DNA of 64,000 nt from an uncultured Solirubrobacteraceae bacterium. GTDB lineage: Bacteria; Actinomycetota; Thermoleophilia; Solirubrobacterales; Solirubrobacteraceae. Position numbers and translations under genes: made by a program. The notes beneath the pieces were generated by a model, which saw only the letters and a list, made by a program, of their open reading frames with translations, ran no database searches and was not told the origin of the DNA. This document shows, piece by piece, positions 1 through 8,648 of this stretch; position 1 is the stretch's first letter; every line of letters begins with the position of its first letter. The stretch lies in assembly GCA_964588985.1 (NCBI GenBank), contig CAZPQW010000001.1:32001-96000 (forward strand), written 5' to 3'.

Positions 1-1002
1 CGCCTCGTGGCGATCCAAAACAATGGAGCGGCGCCAGAACTCCAGATAGTCAATCTTCACGGCGACATTGTGGCTACGGCGTATCTCTCTGAAACAGCGG
101 AAGCGCTGGCGACAAGCGCAGACACGACGGAGTACGGAGTACCGACTACAGCTGGTCCCGCGAAATACTCGTGGCTCGGCGCCATATCGCTCCCCACGGC
201 GGAACTGCCATCGTCGCCGATCCAGATGGGCGTGCGGACGTACATTCCGCAACTTGGGCGCTTCTTGCAGCCCGACGCCGTGGCGGGCGGATCAGCGAAC
301 GCCTACAGCTACACGTTCGACGACCCTGTCAATAGCTCTGACCCGAGCGGCCAATACGCGATTACAGAACATCAGGAAGCCTGGGTGAGCGAACAAATTG
401 GAGGCGAAGCTCAGAGTAAAGCGGCGGAAATCGTGCGCGAGGAAGAAGAAGCAGCAGCACGCGCCGAAGCGGAACGCCTAGCTCAGGAAGCGGCGATGCA
501 AGCCTCGGCGGCTGGCCCGCAGTGGGAAAGCGAATGGGAAGAATGGGAAGAATGGTGGGAAGAAGAAGGATGGGAATTCGAATACGTCTCTAACCAGCAC
601 GGAGCGCAGTCGGGCGCCGAACCGTTTAGCACCCAGTCCGCTGCCCTTCTCGGTGAATCGAGCACCGAAGGCGGCGAAGGCCAGCTTGCGTTTGGCGCTA
701 TACCGCTATGCACCGGGACGGCTGTTGGCCCTTGCGCCGAGCTCGAGCACTTCCTGTCCGGCTACCACGGGCGAGGATTGCGCAGCGCATGCGCGGTTGC
801 GCTGAGCTGGGCGGCCATTCAGGGCGGCTGTGGAGATGACCTTATCCAGCGTGTGCGCGAGGACACTCAGGAGACCCAAACGGAGTATGTCAGTCGGCCG
901 AGACCGTACGAGGAGGACAAATGGTGCGCTTGCGGCGGTCGGTCCGGAGGAGGACGGTTTGGATGGGAGGAGGAGCCGGCCGAGTTCGAGGGCGACGTGT
1001 AG
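1..1002 (+). CDS. Rhs repeat-associated core protein, C-terminal part (5' end outside window)
   Basis: Rhs core motifs MGVRTYIPQLGRFLQPD and NAYSYTFDDPVNSSDPSG, followed by a ~215 aa acidic C-terminal extension. Confidence 0.9.
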   Translation, partial: RLVAIQNNGAAPELQIVNLHGDIVATAYLSETAEALATSADTTEYGVPTTAGPAKYSWLGAISLPTAELPSSPIQMGVRTYIPQLGRFLQPDAVAGGSANAYSYTFDDPVNSSDPSGQYAITEHQEAWVSEQIGGEAQSKAAEIVREEEEAAARAEAERLAQEAAMQASAAGPQWESEWEEWEEWWEEEGWEFEYVSNQHGAQSGAEPFSTQSAALLGESSTEGGEGQLAFGAIPLCTGTAVGPCAELEHFLSGYHGRGLRSACAVALSWAAIQGGCGDDLIQRVREDTQETQTEYVSRPRPYEEDKWCACGGRSGGGRFGWEEEPAEFEGDV

Positions 1003-1120
1003 CGGTGATCGGCGTCGCCAGACTTATGCTGGGCTACCGCACGTGGGCTGGCAGGATAGCGTTCGATGACGGACTACAATGTCGCTCGCCTGGGCGATGG
1101 ATGCGGCTTGGAGGTAGGAG

Positions 1121-3076
1121 TTGACGATCGACAACACTCTACGCGCGCGCTGCGCGCACGGAGATGCCGTGGCGCCCCTGCGCGAGGTCGAGCTGCTCTT
1201 GGACCAGGAGCGATTCGCGGACGCCGTCTCGCTAGTCGATGAATTACTCGAAGGGTGCGAGCCCCATCCGTCTGCAGCCGGCATGCACGCCGCTCTCGTT
1301 CTCAAGGGTGTGGCGCTAGTACACCTGGACCGGTACAGCGAGGCGAACAAAGTGTTTTCTGACGTGCGGAGCCGAGCATCGTGTGCTCCAGCGGGCGAGA
1401 TGGACGTCGTCAGCATCGAGAACCGGATTGCCGAAGCATTCTTTGCGCGTGGTCACGAGTTGGCGGGCGATGGCCGCCACGCTCAGGCCCTGACGGCCGC
1501 CTTGGCGGTGCTTACACAGTTCGGGGCCGACGGGCCTCCAATCCGGCCGGACATAATTCCGTATGCGCTTCGCCTCAAGGCGACGGCGCAGGCTGGCGCC
1601 GGCGACTCGCGTGGCGCCTTGGCGACGTTGACCGGTCTCGCTCGCGGTTGGCAGCAGTTCGACGATCCCCGCGTGCGACTGGCGGTCCTTGGCGGCCAAC
1701 TGCGGCGTGCGGACCTGCTTGCGACCGCCGGCAAGCGCAAGGACGCGTTGCTGCTACTTGACGACGTGATTGCGGAGTATGGGGCTGCGTCTGAGCCCGA
1801 CATCCGCGCGGGTGTAGAGCACGCGCTGCGTAGCAAGCTCGCGATCCTTCAGGAAATGCGCCGCACTGACGACTTGCTTGCGGCGCATGACGAGCTGATT
1901 CGGTGCTTTCGCGAGCGCCCGCCAGAGAACTCCCCGTATACCGCTGTGGATGCGCTTGCCAGCAAGGCGTCGATTCTCAGCCAGCTTGGACGGCTTTCTG
2001 AGGCGATCGCGGCGAGCGACGAACTCGTCGCCGTGTACGGTGAGGACTCCGATCCGTACGTCCGCCTGAAAGTGGCGGGCGCGTTGGGCGCCATGATCGA
2101 CGTGTTGGCGCGTCAGAAGCGCGAGAGTGAGATCGTCTCCACGGCGACTCGACTCGTCGACTTATTCGGCGAAGCCGACGACGCAGAGCTACGCCTTGAG
2201 GTTGCCCGCGCTCTGAATAACAAGGCAGTCGCGCTGGGGAGTCTCGACCGGTATAACGAGGGCGTTGCCGCTGCTGACAAACTGATCGCGTGGGCCGCGG
2301 ATGACACACGGCCCGAGATCGGTGAACAAGTGGCCCGGATCATGGTTCGCAAGGCGGTGTTCCTGCGCAAGCTGGATCGTCTCGATGAGGCGATCGACAC
2401 TTTCCGTGCGGTTGTCGAACGCTTCGGCGGTGACGATCCCGCGCCCGCCGTTCAGGAGTTGGTGGCTCGAGCATTCGAGGAGCGCATCAGCCTCCTTCAG
2501 CTGACCGGCCGCGACGCTGAGGCGATCGTACTGAGCGACTCGCTCATCCAGCGCGTCTCTGGCGATCCCACGCAGCTTCCGCGTGAGTTGGATGCACTCA
2601 ACGCGAAGGCTGCGGGTCTACTCGGAGAGGGACGATTTGGCGACGCGCTGGTGGTCCTCGCTGAGGTCGGTGAACGATTTGAGGACGACCCGCAAGCGAC
2701 ATGTCGCGGTCCGGCGGCGGTCGCCCTCAACAACAAGGTCAGCGCCCTCACTGAGCTGGGACGGGCAGATGACGCGCAAAGCGCTTTCCAAGAGCTTGTA
2801 GAGACGTTCCCGGAAGAGGCGCTGGAGATTTTCCGCGCGACCGCAAAGCGCGTCACGGCCAGTCCGGCCGTACAGGATCGCGAGCTGTGCGCCTCAGCCC
2901 TCCAAACGCAAGCGCAGATACTCCACAGCCTCGGACGCGACGACGAAGCGCTCGTCGCGTTGGCAGCAGTAATCAGTCGTTTCGAGAACGACGAGGATGA
3001 TCGCGTTCGACGGATTGTGGCTGCCGCTAGAAGCGAGCGCACGGTGATCGTTGAGGCTTGTGCAGAGGAAACCTAA
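1121..3076 (+). CDS. Tetratricopeptide repeat protein
   Basis: 651 aa with repeated ALxxKAxxLxxLGRxxEAIxxxDxLxxxFG helical repeats. Confidence 0.85.
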   Translation: MTIDNTLRARCAHGDAVAPLREVELLLDQERFADAVSLVDELLEGCEPHPSAAGMHAALVLKGVALVHLDRYSEANKVFSDVRSRASCAPAGEMDVVSIENRIAEAFFARGHELAGDGRHAQALTAALAVLTQFGADGPPIRPDIIPYALRLKATAQAGAGDSRGALATLTGLARGWQQFDDPRVRLAVLGGQLRRADLLATAGKRKDALLLLDDVIAEYGAASEPDIRAGVEHALRSKLAILQEMRRTDDLLAAHDELIRCFRERPPENSPYTAVDALASKASILSQLGRLSEAIAASDELVAVYGEDSDPYVRLKVAGALGAMIDVLARQKRESEIVSTATRLVDLFGEADDAELRLEVARALNNKAVALGSLDRYNEGVAAADKLIAWAADDTRPEIGEQVARIMVRKAVFLRKLDRLDEAIDTFRAVVERFGGDDPAPAVQELVARAFEERISLLQLTGRDAEAIVLSDSLIQRVSGDPTQLPRELDALNAKAAGLLGEGRFGDALVVLAEVGERFEDDPQATCRGPAAVALNNKVSALTELGRADDAQSAFQELVETFPEEALEIFRATAKRVTASPAVQDRELCASALQTQAQILHSLGRDDEALVALAAVISRFENDEDDRVRRIVAAARSERTVIVEACAEET

Positions 3077-3152
3077 GACTGACCTGCTTGAGTCCAACGA
3101 TGTCTAACCCGTCGGCGTTGCTTTCTCGGCCGCAGGGCCGTCAGGGCTGCAC

Positions 3153-4259
3153 GTGAACGCCGTCCGTGGAGCAGCCACGCTTGGAACGCTTGCGATGCTC
3201 TCGACGGCAGGTCTCGCCGCGTGCGGTCATACCAGCGTGCCCGCTGACGCGGTGGCAATCGTGAATGGCGCACCGATCACGCGATCCGAGTTCAACGAGG
3301 AGCTTGCGATCGCCAGCGCGAGCCAGCAACAGAGAGCTCGTCCGTCGTCAAGGAACGTACAGGCTCCACCAACGCCGCCGCAGTTCCGTTCGTGCATATC
3401 GCAGGCACGCTCGGGCGAACGAGGTGGGCCGCATCACTCACTGCTGTCCGAATCATCACTGCGCTCCCGGTGTAAGGATATCTACGACCACCTGCGCTCC
3501 GCCGCGATGAACTTCATCGTTCGTGGCGCGTGGATTGTGGAGGAAGCAAAAAGTCTTGGAATCCGCGCTGGCACCGCTGCGGTCGACGCCCGATACTCGC
3601 AGGTGAAGGCGCGTCAGTTCCCCCAGCCGGCCGCCTTCGCTGCGTTCCTCAAAGCTTCCGGAGAGACCGTTTCTGAGCTTCACTACCGGGTGATGCTCGA
3701 GTTGCTGCGCGAAAAGGTTGAAGCGAGGGTCCAAGCCGAGGCGCCAAAGCCAACCGCAGCTGCAGTCGTCAGGTACTTCAACACGAGCGGCAATCGCTTT
3801 GCGACGGCTCCGCAGCGTGGAGTGCGCCTGATCTATACGGCTACGCGAGTGGGGGCGCTCATGGCAAAGGCTCTGCTCACAAGCGGCGAGGCCTTCGCTG
3901 TCGTCGCAGAGCGATACTCGACAGGCGCGGCGCCAGTCAATGGCGGCGGGCTTATCAAGATCAAGCGGGAAACCCAATCGCCCGCCCTTGACGCAGCGGT
4001 CTTCGGTGCTCCGACTGGACGGGTGGGGGGTCCAATCAAGACCCCGTTGGGCTATGCACTCTTCGAAGTCGCCAAAATCTATCCGCAACAGCGTCAGTCG
4101 CTGTCCGAAGCCACGCCTGCAATCCGCGAGGTTCTCACCTCGGCGAACCAGGAGCGCCAGCTCGCGGCCTTTGATGCCCGCTTCGCGTCCCACTGGCGCT
4201 CGCGGACGGTCTGCGACGCAGCGTTCTTCGAAGCTGAGCTCTGCGGATCTAGCTCGTGA
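3153..4259 (+). CDS. PrsA/SurA-like parvulin (PpiC) peptidyl-prolyl isomerase lipoprotein
   Basis: Lipobox LAAC; VAIVNGAPITRSEF N-domain; GEAFAVVAERYS...NGG and GPIKTPLGYALF parvulin motifs. Confidence 0.85.
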   Translation: MNAVRGAATLGTLAMLSTAGLAACGHTSVPADAVAIVNGAPITRSEFNEELAIASASQQQRARPSSRNVQAPPTPPQFRSCISQARSGERGGPHHSLLSESSLRSRCKDIYDHLRSAAMNFIVRGAWIVEEAKSLGIRAGTAAVDARYSQVKARQFPQPAAFAAFLKASGETVSELHYRVMLELLREKVEARVQAEAPKPTAAAVVRYFNTSGNRFATAPQRGVRLIYTATRVGALMAKALLTSGEAFAVVAERYSTGAAPVNGGGLIKIKRETQSPALDAAVFGAPTGRVGGPIKTPLGYALFEVAKIYPQQRQSLSEATPAIREVLTSANQERQLAAFDARFASHWRSRTVCDAAFFEAELCGSSS

Positions 4260-4509
4260 GGCTCAGCGGTTTGAGTCTCGGGCAACTTGGGGCTGGCGCG
4301 AGAACTTGACGAGTAATCGCCGCTGCGTATCTGAACAATGTCCTGTGCCGTCCGGGGCTGAGGCGGACGAGCGCTCCGGTCCATGTGGGCGTGCCGCTTC
4401 GTTGGATACCACCTGCTCGCGGTGCAAGAATCCGGGCATATGAGGTGCGTGCTTCTTGCTTGTCGCGAGGCTGAGCGCAGAGCTACCGACTGGGTTGGAT
4501 CGACCGGGC

Positions 4510-4710
4510 TTTTGGCCGCCGCGAATACCGTTTTGACCGCCGCGAATCGATTTTGTTAGCGGCTGGTTCTTGGCTTTGTGACGCGGTTTGGGTGATTCGC
4601 GGCGGAGTTTTGAGCAGGCCGGTGATAATCCGCCGCGAATACACCCGCCAATGGACCTGTTCGCGCAGAAACTTGGCTTACTGATGCGGGTTTTGCGTAT
4701 TAGCGGCGGA
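4510..4710. repeat. Cluster of five CCGCCGCGAAT motifs (direct and inverted)
   Basis: Forward copies at 4516-4526, 4537-4547 (21-bp period) and 4630-4640; reverse copies at 4595-4605 and 4699-4709 (one mismatch). Confidence 0.85.
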
Positions 4711-4862
4711 CTTTGACGACGGTGACTAGATATATGGGCATAGCTCTTGGTAGAGCTTCCTTCTCTGGTTGATGCTCGTGCTCGTGTCCGTGTGATTGGC
4801 CATGACTCCTCGCCTGTTGAGCGTCGTGTCCCTGCTGCCTGGCTCGTGCGCGTCGTTCCCTG

Positions 4863-5609
4863 ATGACCCCCGCGCGAGCGACCTACCTCCACCGGTTCGT
4901 GATCCTGCGGACCTTCATGCAGTGGGTCAGCCGCCAGCACGGCACACCCGACCCGTTCCTCACGCTCAAGCCACCACGCCAGCAGACAGCACGCAACTGG
5001 CTCACCCGAGACGAGTTCCTCCAGATACTCAAGGCGGCTGAGCACCCGCCGCGAAAGCTGGCGGGCCTCGTCGAGCGCGACCGGCTCGTGCTGCTCGCGA
5101 TCGTCATGGCTGGCCTGGGTCGCTACGAGTTGATGGCCGCACGCTGGGCAAACATCGATCTCGACACGCGCCCCGCGACCCTCGAAATCCACGCCGGCCT
5201 CGGCCGAACGCCCCGAACCCAGCCACTACCCGTCCAGCTATGCGCAGAGCTCCAACGCTGGCGCGAGCTACGCCAGCCCAGCAGCGTTGGGCACGTGTTC
5301 TGCGGGCTGAAGGGCGGCCGGCTGCAGACCTACACGCTCGAGCAGATCATCACACGCGCCACCAGCCGCGCCGGCCTCGAGAAAAACGTGTCCGCGGGGA
5401 TGCTGCGCCAGACAGGCGCGACCTGGCTACGACAAGGCGGAGCCGCCACATGGCTCACCGCCGAGTACCTCGGGCACACAGACTCACCCACCACCCGCTA
5501 CGGCCACAAGCCCGAGGACCTGCGCGCCGCACTACAAAAGATCGCCGACTACATCACCAACAACCAACCAATCACCGTCCACCGCAAACGCCTCACAACG
5601 TACGACTGA
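4863..5609 (+). CDS. Xer-like tyrosine recombinase, N-terminally short and catalytically degenerate (possible pseudogene)
   Basis: Fold motifs RDRLVLL..., W.NIDL, LGH...TTRY are present, but GLR reads GLG and HxLRH reads GMLRQ. Confidence 0.75.
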   Translation: MTPARATYLHRFVILRTFMQWVSRQHGTPDPFLTLKPPRQQTARNWLTRDEFLQILKAAEHPPRKLAGLVERDRLVLLAIVMAGLGRYELMAARWANIDLDTRPATLEIHAGLGRTPRTQPLPVQLCAELQRWRELRQPSSVGHVFCGLKGGRLQTYTLEQIITRATSRAGLEKNVSAGMLRQTGATWLRQGGAATWLTAEYLGHTDSPTTRYGHKPEDLRAALQKIADYITNNQPITVHRKRLTTYD

Positions 5610-5698
5610 TACACCTACTACACCACCACTGCGTGACCGCGCTCAGACCACGATTCCCGGCCATCCCCCCGCCGCTGAGACGATCAGGGAGGGCGTCG

Positions 5699-6451
5699 CT
5701 ACGCCTGCGGTCTCGGTGAGGAGAGGTAGATTGCTCGTCCTGCTGCGCCCATGCCACACGGCTTCGGCGCGAACTCGGCTCTCAGACCATCTGGTACGCC
5801 ACGGATCTCGCCTCGGTTGTCAACGTCGAAGTTTTGTTGAAGACATCGAGTGAGCTGGGACAGGTAGGTGTCATATGCAAGCTGAGCAACTCTGTCGAGA
5901 TCATCGGGAACGAAACCAAGGCTCGCGCGGGGTGGAGGCACGGCGCCCGGTGGTCCGATCGTAACGCTTTCACTTGAATCCTCATCCATATCGACCGCAA
6001 TGAGCAGTGCGTGGGTATGAAGCTGGGGTGGTGGCTGATCAGCCTGCGGCAGGCGCGCAAATGAGTGAATAAATTGGGCCGCAATTGGAACGGCACCGAT
6101 CGCCACGCCGAGGTGAGCAAGTGCCATATCGACCGCCATCTGGTGCGCTTCGTCGATCGAGCTTTCGGACTCGGGATGGAGCACCCGTATGCTAGAGACG
6201 CTTACTGGTGCTGTGAATTGCAGCTCGACTACGGGGCCTAGCATCTCATTGGCTGCAACCAGATCGCCGATCCCGATCGGGCCATTGATCTTGAGTCCCA
6301 GCTCTGATGCGGCGGCCTGAGTCCCGAACCATCTCGATGGCGGCTCGATCGCGTGTTCATCTATCTCCACGAGTTCAAAGAGATACGAAGAGTCGACCGC
6401 GCTCGCTGCGCGCTGGCTGGATTTGCGGAAAGGGTTGAGCCTCAAGGCCAC
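5699..6451 (-). CDS. Stand-alone MobF/TrwC-like HUH relaxase domain (~250 aa)
   Basis: RWFGTQAAASELGL, LQFTAPVSVS, EAHQMAVDMAL, AAQFIHSFAR...PQLHTH and GEIRGVP match the TrwC motif order; GTG start inferred. Confidence 0.75.
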   Translation of the reverse strand: MALRLNPFRKSSQRAASAVDSSYLFELVEIDEHAIEPPSRWFGTQAAASELGLKINGPIGIGDLVAANEMLGPVVELQFTAPVSVSSIRVLHPESESSIDEAHQMAVDMALAHLGVAIGAVPIAAQFIHSFARLPQADQPPPQLHTHALLIAVDMDEDSSESVTIGPPGAVPPPRASLGFVPDDLDRVAQLAYDTYLSQLTRCLQQNFDVDNRGEIRGVPDGLRAEFAPKPCGMGAAGRAIYLSSPRPQA

Positions 6452-6494
6452 AACATCATAATGAGAGCTCGGTTGAGCGAGGGTGGTGCCGACG

Positions 6495-7934
6495 TCAGGC
6501 AACGACGCGCAGGTGTGAGCGCTTTGCCTTGTTGCCTTGCCGTTCCGCTCGTGCCGAGCGCCACTCGATATCGACCGGTCGCGGTCCGAAGCGCCGGAGA
6601 TCGTCGATTGCGAATGCGTAGTGCGCGTCGAGCATCTGCAGGCTCGTCCCGCACTCCTTCGCCACCGTCTGTGCGTCCTCTGCTCGAAGCCTGACGGAGA
6701 TGCCGCCGCGTCGCAGCGCGTAGGGGGTCGCGCCGAGGGTGTCGCGGAACTCAGGCTGCTCGGCGACCTTCGTGACGGCTGGGTTGAAGTAGTTCGGCCC
6801 CCACTTCTTCGCCTGGTTGCCGCTGAAGTGGCATGCGCCCGTGCGGGCGTCCTGGACGCCGTAATCAGCGCCGCCGAGATCGCCGGGGAAGATGAAGTCC
6901 ACATCGCGGGCTGGATGTCCCCAGCTGCGAAGCGCGTTGCGCCACTCCTCGAGATCTTCCACCGCGATGCTTGGGACGGCGGTTCGACGTTCGGTGCTGT
7001 GTTCGGTCTTGCCCCATTCGTCGAGCGCGCCCCAGGAGACGACCTCGACCACCTCCGCGTAGGACGCGTGGAGGGACATCCAGCGCATGCCCCAAACCTC
7101 CTGGTTGCGCGCGCCAAGCCCGTACTGCAGGCTCACGACCGCCGCGTCGCGCTGGGCAAAGATGGGGTCTCTGTCCTTGGATCGCAGGAGCATCTGTGCA
7201 CGGATCGCCTCGACCGCCCGCGGGGAGAGCGCCCAGCTCGGTATCTGCGATCCACGTCGGCGGCCCGCTGCTGCCGCGCCGGTGCCGCCTCGCCGGGAGG
7301 AGCGGCGTCTGCTGATAGTTCGCTCGTTGGCAAGGATGCACCCGTTGGTCTGGATCTCGGGCACGACGTGCGAGCCGGCGGCCCAGCTCAGAGCCGAGGA
7401 CAGCACGCTCCACGCCTGCTGACGCCTCGGCTGGGGCAGGTTCGCCTGAATCATCTGTTCGCGCCACGTCCGCGGCGCCTGCGGCTCGTTGAACATGGCG
7501 GCCGGCTGCGAGGCCAGCGCCACGGCGTATCGAGCCGGCGGGAGAGGCTCGCCCTTCGCGTTGTGCAGAGGCTTGCCGAGGATGTGGCAGTTAGCGGCCG
7601 ACGAGTACGCGGCGAACGTCGACGGCGCAAGACCCGCCTGGAGGCTCGGGTCGGCGTCCAACGCGAAGTAGAGCTCGACCACCTCTCCGATCGTGCGGGC
7701 GCTCGTCTCGTTGGCCTCCTTCGCGTCGAGATCCAGCAGGAACCTCCGCAGGCTGTCTACGCCCCGCCGCTCCGCCGTTATGTAGTCGTCCATCCAGACG
7801 CGGGCCTGTCGTGCCGAGGGGAAGTGCCGAGTCCGCTCCACCCGGTCGTGGTCGTAGAAGCCGACCGCGTAGGACTTGGCGCCGCGCTTGCCGACTCGCG
7901 GCCACGCCGAGGACTTCTTCCAAGGTCTACTCAT
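6495..7934 (-). CDS. Tyrosine integrase
   Basis: 479 aa; N-terminal arm-binding-like region, GARNQEVWGMRW, GKT, PYALRRG, CGTSLQMLDAHY. Confidence 0.9.
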   Translation of the reverse strand: MSRPWKKSSAWPRVGKRGAKSYAVGFYDHDRVERTRHFPSARQARVWMDDYITAERRGVDSLRRFLLDLDAKEANETSARTIGEVVELYFALDADPSLQAGLAPSTFAAYSSAANCHILGKPLHNAKGEPLPPARYAVALASQPAAMFNEPQAPRTWREQMIQANLPQPRRQQAWSVLSSALSWAAGSHVVPEIQTNGCILANERTISRRRSSRRGGTGAAAAGRRRGSQIPSWALSPRAVEAIRAQMLLRSKDRDPIFAQRDAAVVSLQYGLGARNQEVWGMRWMSLHASYAEVVEVVSWGALDEWGKTEHSTERRTAVPSIAVEDLEEWRNALRSWGHPARDVDFIFPGDLGGADYGVQDARTGACHFSGNQAKKWGPNYFNPAVTKVAEQPEFRDTLGATPYALRRGGISVRLRAEDAQTVAKECGTSLQMLDAHYAFAIDDLRRFGPRPVDIEWRSARAERQGNKAKRSHLRVVA

Positions 7935-8340
7935 CCGCTGCTCCCTCGATTGGTGTGGCGATCGCGGGAGGCGAGCCCGACGTGCGGTATTGAGCGCGCA
8001 GCTCCTCCAGACGCTCCGGCGAGAGGTCGTAGGCGACCGCCTCGCGCTTCAACGGAGGGCGACGGGCCTGTCCAGCGCGCCGCGTGCGTGGCGCTGGGTG
8101 TGCCCCGAGAGCCGTTCGGCGACGGTCGAGACCGGCGGTGTCGTTCTCGACCCAGAACTCGTCGATCGCCTCCAGCGGTATGCGGTAGTGCCCTCCTGGC
8201 AGGCGCCGATACCGGAGCCTGCCGATGGCGATGTAGCGACGCAGCGTGCGCTCGTGGACGCCGAGGGCGGCCGCCGCCTCGCCGGTGCTCAACACGCGAC
8301 GCGTGCCAGCACGTGCGCCGGAGTTGGAGGGTTTGCCCAT
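7927..8340 (-). CDS. Excisionase-like HTH DNA-binding protein
   Basis: LSTGEAAAALGVHERTLRRYIAIGRLRYRRLPGGHYRIP; overlaps the integrase start. Confidence 0.85.
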   Translation of the reverse strand: MGKPSNSGARAGTRRVLSTGEAAAALGVHERTLRRYIAIGRLRYRRLPGGHYRIPLEAIDEFWVENDTAGLDRRRTALGAHPAPRTRRAGQARRPPLKREAVAYDLSPERLEELRAQYRTSGSPPAIATPIEGAADE

Positions 8341-8460
8341 GCCCCATCCGTCTCGATGGCGGGCCCTTCTCCCCCAGACGAATGTTCTGGATGCGTGCTC
8401 GGCCGTGGGCCTCAGAGCCCGCGTTCTCGGGGCCTGACGCTTCTCAAAACAGCGCGAATC

Positions 8461-8482
8461 TGCGGTGCCGTTGCGGTGCCGT
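8461..8482. repeat. Tandem 11-bp repeat TGCGGTGCCGT x2, probable integrase arm-type sites
   Basis: Exact tandem copies ~60 bp from the att core; function inferred. Confidence 0.55.
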
Positions 8483-8543
8483 TCGCGATCCCCATGAGCA
8501 GAAATGCTTATTTGCAGGCAGAAAGCCCCCAAATGCCCCGTGT

Positions 8544-8585
8544 CTCGTAATGAAGGGGTCCGGGGTTCGAGTCCCCGCGTCGGCT
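8544..8585 (+). other. att site: 3' half of tRNA-Thr(CGT)
   Basis: CTCGTAA anticodon loop, TGAAG, T-arm CGGGG-TTCGAGT-CCCCG and acceptor 3' strand CGTCGGCT; no D-arm or pairing 5' strands upstream. Confidence 0.85.
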
Positions 8586-8648
8586 TGCCTCGGTCTTCGG
8601 ACGGCGCCGCTTCACGGGGCTCGTGTGTGACCTCTACGATATTGGGAC

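Larger units (their letters stand above)
1..8585. mobile_element. Right part of an integrative (probably mobilisable) element inserted at tRNA-Thr(CGT); left end is outside the window
   Basis: Tyrosine integrase + excisionase + MobF-like relaxase lie immediately left of a tRNA-Thr 3' fragment (att duplication) at 8544-8585. Inclusion of the Rhs/TPR/PPIase genes in the element is inferred. Confidence 0.7.

Noticed and set aside
8544-8585. Intact tRNA-Thr gene
   Set aside because: The 5' half is missing: upstream CGTGT cannot pair with TGAAG, and there is no D-arm or acceptor 5' strand.
6537-8630. Long alternative-frame ORFs (e.g. 6537-8630, 24928-27081, 33876-35135, 57556-59367, 61219-63813)
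   Set aside because: Arg/Ala/Pro-rich shadow ORFs overlapping well-supported genes, expected in high-GC DNA.
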